From: Longimicrobiales bacterium | GTDB taxonomy: Bacteria; Gemmatimonadota; Gemmatimonadetes; Longimicrobiales; Gaopeijiaceae | Direction of reading: 5' to 3' | DNA: 64,000 bases | Assembly (NCBI GenBank): GCA_965237885.1 | Contig: CBDEGN010000001.1 | Coordinates: forward strand, 71,527 to 135,526 | Shown: positions 47,986 to 61,064 of the stretch, one piece after another | Numbering within the stretch: position 1 is the stretch's first letter | Layout of the letters: each line of letters begins with the position of its first letter | The notes under the pieces: generated by a model | Told to the model about the DNA's origin: nothing | What the model saw: the letters and a program-made list of their open reading frames with translations, nothing else | Databases searched by the model: none | Made by a program: the position numbers and the translations under genes

Positions 47986-50280
47986 CTACGACGCCGGAGG
48001 CCGCGACTCCGCGCCGCCGGGCCGGTTCCGACGGGGCCCGCCCCGGCGCGGAGCCGCCAGCAGATCCTGTCCGGTGCGCACCAGAGCGGACTTGGGCCGG
48101 CGGCCGATCAGGATCAGGGGGGTTTTCGATCCGACCGCGACCGTGTGCGGGATGCCGCGCAAGCTCCGCTTCCCATTGGGTTCCGTGCGCATCCCCATGA
48201 CCACGAGATCGGCGGAAGCCGCGTGCCGGATGATGGCATCCTCGGGGAACGCTGCGGTCTCAACGACCACGTCGTACGGGCCGCTGGCCTCGTCCCGGAC
48301 CATCCGGTGGATGTCGCGCTCGAAGCGCCGGCGGGTCTCTGGCGAGGCTGAGGGCAACAGCGTCGAGAGGTAGCGGATCGATCGGCCCCGGCTACGCGCC
48401 AGGCTGGCGAGCAGGCGAACCCGGGTGCGGCTGTGGTCACGTTGTCCCCCCAGAGGTATCAGAACCTTTTCTGCGTCGTCCATGCACCAGCCCGGCGGGG
48501 TGCGCGCAACGACTACGTCGCAGGCGATCCTCGAAATACGCCGCTCCAGCGCGGATTCCACGATCGGATCCGAAAGGTTGGGAAGACCGAGCAGCACAGT
48601 CTCGCAGCGGTGTTCCTCGGCGACGCGCGCGATCTCGACCCAGGGATCGGGGGCGATGGTGAAGAGGACTTCGGCGATCAGCGAGTGCTCCAGACTGTGC
48701 ATCAGTGACTTGCCCAGGATGCTCTGTGCATCGATGACCGGTGATCCCGCCACGGACGCCGAGTCCGGCTGAGAGAGAACGGTGAGGAGCAGGACCCTTC
48801 CCGATCCCGGTGCCCTGAGGGTGCCGGCGATGCCCACCAGGCTGGCGGCGTTGGCCGGGTTGGCGATGGGGGCCAGCACCAGGGGGCTCCGGCCTCTGAG
48901 AAGGGCAAGGTGAGGTTGAGTGGCTTCTGCCGAGACGTCGGTGAGGCGCGCGGCGGGGGCCAGGAGGGTCAGGTAGAGCGCGGTGCCGAGGGCGATCCAG
49001 GTCATTACGATGCTGCCCGCAAACGGCACGGCAAAGATCTGGAAGGCCGCGAGTGATGCGCAGGCAACGCCTCCGATGATGGGCAGCGCAGGGATGCTCC
49101 GCCGGCCTCCCGAGCGGTATTCGACCAGGATGGCCGCGAGGTGCACCATCGCGAAGGAGATCAGGAAGATCAGGCTGGATGCGGCGCCGGCGGCCGGCAC
49201 CTCGCCGACGGCGAGTGCGATCACCGCCACCACCCCACCCGTGACCACGACCGCCGTCGCGGGGGTGCCGCTCGACCCGCGCATGCGCGCCAGCTGGCGG
49301 GGCAGGGTGCGGTCGCGCGCCATGGCAAAGGCCACCCGCGATGCGCCCAGCAGGTTGGCCTGGAGCGCCGAGAGCATCGCCAGGATGCCCGCACCGATCA
49401 CCAGCCAGTACCCCGTCACCCCCATGTACTCCTCGACCGCGGCCGCCACCAGCCCCTCCGGGTTGGCCGTCGCCACCGCCGCCACCCCGCCCGCCCCCGC
49501 CGGTGTCCCCACCGTCGCGATCAGGAAGAGCATGGGCAGGTAGAGGGCGAGCGCGATGCCCAGCGAGAGGTACATGGCGCGCGGGATGTTCCGCGTGGGG
49601 TCGCGCACCTCCCCCCCCACCGCGGCGATCAGGTCGAACCCCTGCAGCGCGATGAAGGTGTAGCCCATCGCCCGCACCACCCCGCCCGGCCCCGACGTCA
49701 GGAACGGGTTCAGCCGGTCGGCCAGCTCGCCCGGCGACCCGGTGACCCACGCCCACGCCCCGCCGCCAATCACCACGGCGAACACCACGACCTTGCCGAT
49801 GGTTTCCGCGGTGCCGCCCCCGGCCGCCCGGCGCACCAGCGCCAGCATGTACGCGCCGATGGCGAGCGCGGCCACGGCCAGGCGGGCGATGTCCCCGCCC
49901 AGCCGGGTCGCGGCCAGCTGAGGCAGGGCGCGCAGCAGCCCCTCCATGAAGAACGCCGCGAACCCGAGCGCGTAGAGCACCCCGGCCACGATCGAGGCGA
50001 ACCACACCACCCATCCCACCACGAAGGCGAACTCGATGGAGAGGACGTTCTTGGCGTAGGTGTAGGTGCCGCCGGACTCCGGGAAGCGCCGGGCCAGGCG
50101 GGCGAAGCTGGCCGCGGTGAGCAGGGCGATGCCGCCGTTCACGGCGAAGGCGACCATCGCGCCCGGCCCCGCGACCGCGAAGGCGGTGCCTGCGAGCGCG
50201 AGGATGACCCCGCCCACGATGGCGCCCACCCCCAGGACGGTGGCGCCGAACAACCCCATGTGGCGTTCCTGAACCTGCAC
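47986..50280 (-). CDS. APC-superfamily amino-acid permease fused to C-terminal tandem universal stress protein (Usp) domains
   Basis: The N-terminal ~440 aa are multi-TM (GLFGATVLGVGAIVGGVILALAG..., SGGTYTYA). The C-terminal ~300 aa carry two Usp-like alpha/beta units (VLLLTVL...ETVLLGL and KVLIPLGG...DLVVMGM). Confidence 0.8.
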   Translation of the reverse strand: MQVQERHMGLFGATVLGVGAIVGGVILALAGTAFAVAGPGAMVAFAVNGGIALLTAASFARLARRFPESGGTYTYAKNVLSIEFAFVVGWVVWFASIVAGVLYALGFAAFFMEGLLRALPQLAATRLGGDIARLAVAALAIGAYMLALVRRAAGGGTAETIGKVVVFAVVIGGGAWAWVTGSPGELADRLNPFLTSGPGGVVRAMGYTFIALQGFDLIAAVGGEVRDPTRNIPRAMYLSLGIALALYLPMLFLIATVGTPAGAGGVAAVATANPEGLVAAAVEEYMGVTGYWLVIGAGILAMLSALQANLLGASRVAFAMARDRTLPRQLARMRGSSGTPATAVVVTGGVVAVIALAVGEVPAAGAASSLIFLISFAMVHLAAILVEYRSGGRRSIPALPIIGGVACASLAAFQIFAVPFAGSIVMTWIALGTALYLTLLAPAARLTDVSAEATQPHLALLRGRSPLVLAPIANPANAASLVGIAGTLRAPGSGRVLLLTVLSQPDSASVAGSPVIDAQSILGKSLMHSLEHSLIAEVLFTIAPDPWVEIARVAEEHRCETVLLGLPNLSDPIVESALERRISRIACDVVVARTPPGWCMDDAEKVLIPLGGQRDHSRTRVRLLASLARSRGRSIRYLSTLLPSASPETRRRFERDIHRMVRDEASGPYDVVVETAAFPEDAIIRHAASADLVVMGMRTEPNGKRSLRGIPHTVAVGSKTPLILIGRRPKSALVRTGQDLLAAPRRGGPRRNRPGGAESRPPAS

Positions 50281-52270
50281 CGCATCCTCCCTCTAACGAC
50301 CGGCCCGGAAATGGTTTCGGGTCCGCCCTTCTCGTCAATACGGCCCGCCTCCGCCCGCGGAGCCTGCAGCACGCGGCTGGCCGGGCAGTTCCGGTTCCCT
50401 CTGCCCGTCGGAAAGTAGCCCGTCTACCCCCGCTGCACCTCAAGTGAGCCCAGCAGCTCCGGCACCCGGGTCAGATCGTCGTCGGGCAGGCGGATGCGCA
50501 CGCCCCGCACCAGGTGCCGCACCCCCGCGAATGCCTCCCGGGCGATCGCCAGCCCCTCGGCGCGGGCGTGCGCCGGGCTCCTCCGCTCGGCCGTCCGCAT
50601 GCGGCGCACGATCCGCTCCGGCACCTCGACTCCCGGGACTTCGTTGGCCATGAACTCGGCGTTGCGCAGGGAGGCGAGCGGGAGCAGCGTCGCGATCACC
50701 GGGATGCCCGTGTCGGCGCGCTCGAGGAAGTCCTCCAGGCGCTCCGGGTCGAAGATCGGCCGCGTGACCGCGAAGTCCGCGCCCGCGTCCACCTTCCAGG
50801 CGAAGCGGCTGAGCTCCAGCGCCTGATCGACCGCCGCCTGGTCGAGCGCCACCCCCGCCACCAGTTCGGTGGGCGCGCCGATGTCGTTGCCTCCCGCGTC
50901 CAGGCCGCGGTTCAGGCGCTGCACCACGTTCACCAGGCCGATGGAGTCGATGTCGGAGATCGCGGTAGAGTCGGCGTAGGGGCCCAGGCTGGTGGACTCG
51001 CCGCTCACGATCAGGAGGTTGCGGATGCCCGCCGCGGAAGCCCCCAGCAGATCGCTGATCATCCCGTGCATGTCGCGGTCGCGGCAGGTGTAGCGCACCA
51101 GCGGCTCGATGCCCGCCCGGGCGCCGAGCAGCACGGCGGTGGTGAGTGCGTCCATGTGCGCCTGTCCGCGGGCGCCTGCCACCACGAAGACCGCGTCCAC
51201 TCCGTCACGGGCCAGCTCGCGCGCCCGCCGGGTGGTCTCGTCCATCCGCCACCCGCGCGGAGCGGCGACCTGCACGGTGGTGACGAACTGCCCCGTGGCG
51301 AGCTTCCGTCCCCACGCCGAGCGCTCGCCAAGCGGTGCCTCGGCCCGGCCCGGCAGTTCGGCGGGCTCCGCGCGCGCGGAGACAGACACCCGCGCCGGCT
51401 GCACGCTGGCCACGTGGTCGCGGATCCTGCGCACGTGGGAGGGGGTGGTCCCGCAGCATCCCCCCACGAAGCGCGCCCCGACCGCGATCAGGCGGCGGGC
51501 GTACTGGCCCATGTACTCCGGGCTCGCCATGTAGATCTGGCGGTTTTCCACCACCCGGGGCAGCCCCGCGTTGGGCTGGGCCGAGGCGGGTAGCCCGGAA
51601 CTCGCAGCCACTCGCTCCACGGCGTCCAGCATGATGGCCGGCCCGACCGAGCAGTTGATCCCCGCCACCTCCACCCCCCACGCGGCCATGGCGGTGCCCG
51701 CGGTCTCCATGGTCGTGCCCCCCGGGGTAAGGCCGTTCTCGCCGATGGTGACCTGGGCCAGCACCGGCAGGTCGGTGAGCGAGCGCACCGCCCGGAAGGC
51801 CGCCTCCAGCTCGCTCAAGTCGCTGAAGGTCTCGAGGCAGAACCCGTCCACGCCGCCCTCCAGCAGCCCATCGACCTGTCGCCGGAAGAAGTCCACCGCC
51901 TCCTCGAAGGCCGTCGCGCCCCAGGGCTCGATGCGTATGCCGAGCGGACCCACCGCGCCCACCACGCTGGCCCGTCCCGCCGCCGCCGCGCGCGCCAGCT
52001 CGCCGCCCGCCCGGTTGATGGCCTCGGTGCGCCCGTCCAGCCCGAAGCCGGACAGCTTCACCGGATTGGCGCCGAAGGTGTTGGTCTCCAGGATCTCGGC
52101 CCCGGCGTGCACATACTTCTCGTGCACCTCCCGCACCATTTCCGGCTCCTGCAGGTTGAGCTCGTCGTAGCAGACGTTCACGAACACGCCCCGCCCGTAC
52201 AGCATGGTGCCCATGGCGCCGTCCACGACGTGGGCACGGCCGTCGCCGATCAGGTCGCGCAGCGTGACGC

Positions 52271-56002
<3,732 letters not shown>

Positions 56003-56080
56003 GGCGTCAGTATACTAATGGAACGCGCGTCCGGTCCCTCAGGAACTTTCTCGTCCCGGGGCCGTTACCCGGGGAAGATC

Positions 56081-56986
56081 ATGGAAACCGTCCGCATCCC
56101 CAATCAGGCGACCTACTCGCCCATCTCGCTGACCGACCTGATGGTCGCGGCGCCTCTCGCGTCGCGCATCCTGCTCGGGGCGACTCCCCCCGGGCGCGCA
56201 CTCCAGGCTGTGGCGCTGGGCGCCTACGCCGGCAGCGTGGCGATCGACTGGATCTCCCGGCGGGGCGTGCGCGTCATCGACTTCCTGGACACCTTTGGGG
56301 CGGACGTGCAGCAGCTCACGCCGATGCCGGTGCCGGAGCGCGACCGCGAGGCCCGCCACCTCATCGAACTTGTGAGCGACGAGTATACCCCCGAGCGCAT
56401 CCCTCGCTCCCGTAGCGCGCGCCTCGTCAACCGGCACCTGACCGACTACATCGCCGGGATTACCGGGCAACGTGTGGAGACCAGTTCGGAGGTGCGGCAG
56501 TTTAGCCTCGCGGGGCTCGTCTTTCCCTTCGCCCTCGGCACCTGTGACATCTTCTCCGGAGACGTCTCGATCCTCAGGGATGCCGGGATCTTCGAGCCGC
56601 ACATCATCGCGCATGAATTCTGTCACCGGAAGGGGTATCTGAAGGAGCTGCACGCGCAGGCGTTGGGGTACCTGGCCATGATCGGGTCGGACGAGCCCGT
56701 GCTGGTGCAGTCGGCCCGTTGCGAGCGGCTCCACCGCAATCTCTGGGTGCTGGCGGATCGCGATCCCGTGCGGTATCGTACGATGGTCGAGGAGGGAGGC
56801 CTGCGCGAGGAGCTGCGGGACGACTTCCTGGCCCTGCACTCCGAGGATGGCCCAGCCCAGGGAACGATGGCGAATCTGATGCGCCGCCTCTACGACGAGC
56901 GCATGAAACTCACCGGCCAGAACGGACTTTCGGACTATGACGAAGGCTTCACGAACTTCCTGTACACGAGCAGCGTGGATTCATAG
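56081..56986 (+). CDS. Hypothetical HExxH protein (possible DUF3810-like zinc peptidase)
   Basis: 301 aa from ATG at 56081, with a single HExxH (IIAHEFCHRKGY). The long upstream part of the track ORF is the antisense shadow of metH. Confidence 0.45.
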   Translation: METVRIPNQATYSPISLTDLMVAAPLASRILLGATPPGRALQAVALGAYAGSVAIDWISRRGVRVIDFLDTFGADVQQLTPMPVPERDREARHLIELVSDEYTPERIPRSRSARLVNRHLTDYIAGITGQRVETSSEVRQFSLAGLVFPFALGTCDIFSGDVSILRDAGIFEPHIIAHEFCHRKGYLKELHAQALGYLAMIGSDEPVLVQSARCERLHRNLWVLADRDPVRYRTMVEEGGLREELRDDFLALHSEDGPAQGTMANLMRRLYDERMKLTGQNGLSDYDEGFTNFLYTSSVDS

Positions 56987-57108
56987 AGTTCCCAGCGGTT
57001 CGCATAACCTGTTGACATACCGCCGTTTACGCGCAAACCCGTAATTCCCTTCCGTTCCATATATCTTAAGTGCAGAAGTGACACATGCACTGCCACACGG
57101 AGCGGAAG

Positions 57109-57500
57109 ATGCGCAAAACAAGGACACCAAAGCGACTAACGGCGGCGTTCTGTCGGACCGTGCAGCGGCCGGGCTACTACGGCGACGGCGGACACGGCTC
57201 GCGCGGGCTCCAGCTTCGCGTGCATGTCACGAAGGGCGGCCACGTGACGCGAAGATGGATTCAGCGTGTCAGCATCGCGTGGCGCACCACGAACATCGCT
57301 CTCGGGGCGTTCCCTGACGATCTGACGCTGGGCACGCGCGCGCGCGTGCCCAAGAGAACAGCAAGGACGGCGATCGGAGCGAGCGGGAAGGGCTTGGCGA
57401 GTTCAAGCGGTACGCGTTCCCGTACTTCGGCGCGAGGCGAATTGACAAGATCGCCACCGCCGACGTGCTCGCGGCGCTCACCCCGATCTGGAAGGTGGTC
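57109..57500 (+). pseudogene. Decayed P4-type tyrosine integrase (N-terminal arm-binding/DUF4102-like and SAM-like segments only)
   Basis: Frame 1 reads MRKTRTPKRLTAAFCRTVQRPGYYGDGGHGSRGLQLRVHVTKGGHVTRRWIQRV...IALGAFPDDLTL, the pattern of DUF4102 integrase N-termini. After the GCGCGCGCGCG run (~57336-57348) similarity continues in another frame (FKRYAFPYFGARRIDKIATADVLAALTPIWK). No catalytic domain (R..HxxR..Y) was found downstream. Confidence 0.6.
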
Positions 57501-57692
57501 ATTTCCCGTGGACGTGCCGCGCCTTGGCCGCGCCGCGCGCCGCGCTCCAGTACCTTGCCGGAGTCGGGTTCGCCGAACTCGTACCGGACGGCGACAACGA
57601 ACGCGTCCGACCCGGGCCCGAGTGGACAGGCTGGCCGCCGCAATCAGCGGCCAACGGCAACACTTGACAACGCCGACAGGCCTGCGCGCACC

Positions 57693-57730
57693 GGCGTGCT
57701 TAGGCGTGCAAATGGCGTGCTTTGGCGTGC
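57693..57730. repeat. Four direct GGCGTGC heptamers with 10/11/10-nt phasing
   Basis: GGCGTGC occurs at 57693, 57703, 57714 and 57724 (ccGGCGTGCttaGGCGTGCaaatGGCGTGCtttGGCGTGCactt), followed by the most AT-rich stretch of the area (gatagaaccgaatatattcg). Confidence 0.85.
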
Positions 57731-57790
57731 ACTTCGAGGCAAAACAGCACGATAGAACCGAATATATTCGTCGCCCGACACCGACTCCGA

Positions 57791-57865
57791 CCCTACGGAG
57801 GAGTAGGGCGGGACGCGGTGCGGTGGCGGTCCGCTGACGCGGCCACCGACCGGCGTCCCGCCTTT
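57791..57865 (+). other. GC-rich nested inverted repeats (possible structured RNA or intrinsic terminator)
   Basis: CCCTAC(57791-96)/GTAGGG(57803-08). Then GGCGGGACGC(57807-16)/GCGTCCCGCC(57853-62) encloses CGGTGGC/GCCACCG, followed by TTT. Confidence 0.35.
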
Positions 57866-58413
57866 GCGGAGCCAGCAATCCACACCACGACCACGCCGCC
57901 AGAATCGCCCCAGAACGCGCCTAAAGACCTTGCTGCAACCGGCCATGGAGTGACCTACGGACGCCCAGGGGCGGTTCCTTGCGCAGCTACGGCCATGCTG
58001 AAGGCCAACCCTCGCGGGATGGTGCAAGGATTCCGCTTCCGCTACGATTCGGGCGCTCCAAACGGGGGAATGAACAAGCAGGCGGAGGCCAACGGCAATC
58101 ATGGCTCGGAAGGACATAGCATTGGGGGGCGGCGACGCCACATCTGACAAGACGTTCCTACGTGGGACGTGCCCACACTGTAGGACAAAAGGGGTCAGCT
58201 TTTCGCTGGCCGGCCATCATCGGAGGATCTTGGAGAAGTCGAATTGGAGCTACCCCGCTTTCACGGACGGTTGGTTTCTGGGGTTGATGGTGTCTGATGT
58301 GGTTCCTTTTCTCCCTCGTCATTCCAGTGAGAGAGGCAACGTACATCGCCGACGATGCGAACAGCCAGGAGAAGTCCGGAGCGCTTCGGTCGCCCCGGCG
58401 CTGCACCTTCGCT

Positions 58414-58731
58414 TCAGGCCGCATAGTTGAGTCTCTCGAAGTTCGCCGGCGACTTGTAGCCGAGCGCCGAGTGGATCCTGCGGGTGTTGTAGAAGCCCTC
58501 GATGAAGCCGAAGACTTCACGCCGCGCGTCTGCGGGCGTCGGAAAGCGGCTTCGGTCGAGGAGTTCGCACTCCAGCGTCGCGAAGAAGCTCTCGCACATC
58601 GCGTTGTCGTAGGCGTCGCCCACCGAGCCCATCGACTGCACGATGCCCGCCTCGCGGCAGCGCTTCCCGAAGGCCAGCGAGGTGTACTGTCCAGGTTCAA
58701 GGGGTCGTCGCAACAGTACGGTATTGAAGGG
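58414..58731 (-). pseudogene. 3' remnant of an IS3-family transposase OrfB (rve C-terminus)
   Basis: ...GQYTSLAFGKRCREAGIVQSMGSVGDAYDNAMCESFFATLECELLDRSRFPTPADARREVFGFIEGFYNTRRIHSALGYKSPANFE matches the conserved end of IS3 OrfB proteins. The N-terminal two-thirds are absent, and the upstream part of the ORF is unrelated sequence. Confidence 0.7.
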
Positions 58732-59490
58732 TTTTCCTGGGCCCTCGATTTTACTGGACACCAGACTGGCGAGCGAGAGCGGTGGAGCACTTAGCGCAAC
58801 GTGGAGGTCCGGTTCAGTGATTGTAAGAGATCTTCCAGGGTTTCCGCCGGAGTTCTCCAACCGAGGGTCTTGCGGGGGCGGCTGTTGAGAGCGGTTGCGA
58901 CGGCGGAGAGATCGTCAGCGGTATGTCTGCTGAGATCCGTGCCTTTGGGGAAGTACTGCCTCAACAGGCCGTTGGTGTTCTCGTTCGTGCCGCGCTGCCA
59001 CGGGCTCTGCGGGTCGCAGAAGTAGACGGCCAGGCCAGTATCGATGCGAAGCCGTGCGTGCTGAGCCATCTCTGCTCCCTGGTCCCATGTCAGAGACCGG
59101 CGGAGTTGCTCGGGCAGGGTCGTGATCGACGAAGCGATCGCGTCCCGGACGGCTTCGGCACCGTGTCCAGCCAACGCTGGACCGTTCTTGGTCCTGGGCT
59201 CGCCGTGTTTGTCAAGGCGGGGGAGGTAGAGCAGCATCGTGAACCTGGAGGTCCGCTCGACCAGCGTTCCGATCGCCGAACTGCCCAGCCCCAGGATCAG
59301 GTCGCCTTCCCAGTGCCCGGGGACGGCGCGGTCGTCTGCCTCGGCCGGTCGCTCGCTGAGCATGATCTCGGGGTGAACGAACGTCTTTCCCCGTCTGCGG
59401 GTGCGAGCTCGAGGCACCCGTAGCGCGCGTCCCGTCCGAAGGCACGCTGTCAGCTCCCGTCGCAGCGCACCCCTCTCTGCCAACGCAGCA
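58732..59490 (-). mobile_element. 5'-truncated IS30-family element
   Basis: Contains only the C-terminal ~230 aa of an IS30 transposase (58791-59490). The upstream side is cut by the IS3-family element starting at 59491, and the downstream side abuts the IS3-OrfB remnant. Boundaries are approximate. Confidence 0.6.
58791..59490 (-). pseudogene. IS30-family DDE transposase, N-terminally truncated
   Basis: RPAEADDRAVPGHWEGDLILG..., SLTWDQGAEMAQH, and VYFCDPQSPWQRGTNENTNGLLRQYFPKGTDLS...LNSRPRKTLGWRTPAE are the conserved IS30 catalytic-core motifs. The HTH region is missing. Confidence 0.8.
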
Positions 59491-59561
59491 TGAGACACGA
59501 GAGGAGCAAACGCTTAGAGTAGGGCGAGGTGGAGAGTTGGAGGATGGGACGAGGAGAAGGA

Positions 59562-59993
59562 ATGAAATCGAACGGAGTCCCCCCTGCTGCGGGGGAGAGG
59601 AAGCGAGGCGCGGCGGTCCCGCCGGACCCGGAGGTTTCGGCGAAGGCGAAGCGGCGGCGCTTCACGGCGGGGTACAAGCTGTCGATCATCGAGCAGGCCG
59701 ACCAGTGCGGGACACCGGGCGAGATGGGTCGTCTGCTGCGGCGCGAGGGGCTGTACAGCTCGCATCTGTCGGCGTGGCGGAAGGCGGCGCGGGAAGGGTC
59801 GCTGCGGGAGCTGGCCAGGAAGCGCGGCCCGAAGCCTTCGGCCGGGAAGCGGGATTTGAAGAACCTGCGAAGGCTCGAGCGTGAGAACGCGCGCCTGCGT
59901 GAGGAGCTCCGCAAGGCGCGGATCGTCATCGAGGTGCAGGGAAAAGTATCGGGGCTGCTGGGGTTGAGCCTCGGGGACGGGAAGTCCTCTTGA
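59562..59993 (+). CDS. IS3-family transposase OrfA (HTH)
   Basis: RRRFTAGYKLSIIEQADQCGTPGEMGRLLRREGLYSSHLSAWRK... followed by a leucine-zipper-like LRRLERENARLREELRKARIVIEV. The ATG at 59562 is preceded by AGGAG. Confidence 0.8.
   Translation: MKSNGVPPAAGERKRGAAVPPDPEVSAKAKRRRFTAGYKLSIIEQADQCGTPGEMGRLLRREGLYSSHLSAWRKAAREGSLRELARKRGPKPSAGKRDLKNLRRLERENARLREELRKARIVIEVQGKVSGLLGLSLGDGKSS
59939..59945 (+). promoter_or_regulatory. Candidate -1 programmed ribosomal frameshift heptamer G_GGA_AAA
   Basis: In the orfA frame the codons are cag GGA AAA gta. The heptamer fits X_XXY_YYZ. The -1 frame (the orfB frame) is open from here through the annotated orfB start at 59990. Confidence 0.55.
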
Positions 59994-61045
59994 GCGCGGC
60001 CGGAGAGCTTGCCGGGCATGTGGGCGTGAGAGCCGCGTGCAAGGCGCTGCGGGTTGCGCACTCGACGTACTACCGTCGCCGGAGGCCGAAGAAGACCGGG
60101 CAGCGGCAGCCCCGGCCGACGCCTGCCCGGGCCTTGAGCGAAGCGGAGCGGACGGAGGTGTTCGAGGTGCTGTGCTCGTCGCGCTTCGCGGACCGCGCTC
60201 CCGCGGAAGTGTACGCGACGCTGCTGGACGAAGGCGTCTACCTGTGCTCCGAGCGCACGATGTACCGGATTCTGGCCGAGAACCGGGCGGTCCGTGAGCG
60301 CCGCGCCCAGCGCAGCCACCCGAACCATCCGAAGCCCGAGGTCGTGGCCCGCGGGCCCAACGAGGCGTGGTCCTGGGACGTCACCCGGCTTCTTGGACCG
60401 CGGAAGGGGCAGTACTTCCACCTCTACGTGATCCTGGACATCTTCAGCCGCTACGTCACCGGATGGATGGTGGCGGAGCGCGAAACCGCAGGCCTGGCCG
60501 GACGCCTGATCGAGGCAAGCTGCCTTAAGCACGGCGTCCGGCCCCAAGTGCTTACCCTTCATTCGGATCGGGGATCTCCCATGACGGCCAAGTGCACGGC
60601 GCAACTGCTGGCCGACCTGGGCGTCACGCAATCGCTGAGCCGTCCCCGGGTCTCGAACGACAACCCCTACTCGGAGGCGCAGTTCAAGACCGTCAAGTAC
60701 CACCCCGGCTTCCCCGGCCGGTTCTCCAACATCGAGGAGGCGAAGGAGTTCTGCCGGTCGTTCTTCCCGTGGTACAACACCGAGCACCGGCATGGCGGCA
60801 TCGGCCTGCTCACCCCCGCCCAGGTCCACTTCGGCGATGCCCCCGAGGTGATCCGCCAGAGGCAGGACGTTCTCGCCGCCGCCTACGCCGCCCGTCCGGA
60901 GCGCTTTGTGGCCGGCCCGCCCCGGGCCTCGGAACTCCCCGCGCAGGTCTGGATCAACCCCCCACTCCCCGTCAGCGCAGTTGACGGTGAAGATCGGACA
61001 GCGGATGGTGAGGGTGACGACGGAAAGGAGGGCTCACTACACTGA
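59990..61045 (+). CDS. IS3-family transposase OrfB (rve integrase core; probably expressed as an OrfAB fusion)
   Basis: WSWDVTRL...YVILDIFSRYVTGWMV, LHSDRGSPMT, and PRVSNDNPYSEAQFKTVKYHP...YNTEHRHGGIG supply the DDE/rve motifs. The frame is -1 relative to orfA. Confidence 0.85.
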   Translation: MSAAGELAGHVGVRAACKALRVAHSTYYRRRRPKKTGQRQPRPTPARALSEAERTEVFEVLCSSRFADRAPAEVYATLLDEGVYLCSERTMYRILAENRAVRERRAQRSHPNHPKPEVVARGPNEAWSWDVTRLLGPRKGQYFHLYVILDIFSRYVTGWMVAERETAGLAGRLIEASCLKHGVRPQVLTLHSDRGSPMTAKCTAQLLADLGVTQSLSRPRVSNDNPYSEAQFKTVKYHPGFPGRFSNIEEAKEFCRSFFPWYNTEHRHGGIGLLTPAQVHFGDAPEVIRQRQDVLAAAYAARPERFVAGPPRASELPAQVWINPPLPVSAVDGEDRTADGEGDDGKEGSLH

Positions 61046-61064
61046 ATCAGCAACGTGTCTCAAA

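Larger units (their letters stand above)
59491..61062 (+). mobile_element. Apparently complete IS3-family insertion sequence (orfA/orfB with -1 frameshift)
   Basis: The termini are TGAGACACG (59491-59499) and CGTGTCTCA (61054-61062), a perfect 9-bp inverted pair beginning TG and ending CA as in IS3-family ends. The match does not extend convincingly beyond 9 bp. No flanking direct repeat (gca vs aat). Confidence 0.65.

Noticed and set aside
56987-57108. A tRNA or tRNA fragment as the integration target next to the integrase stub. GGTTCGCATAACC at 56997-57009 superficially resembles a T-arm.
   Set aside because: Only a 4-bp stem is present. There is no acceptor stem, no anticodon arm and no CCA context, so no cloverleaf can be drawn.
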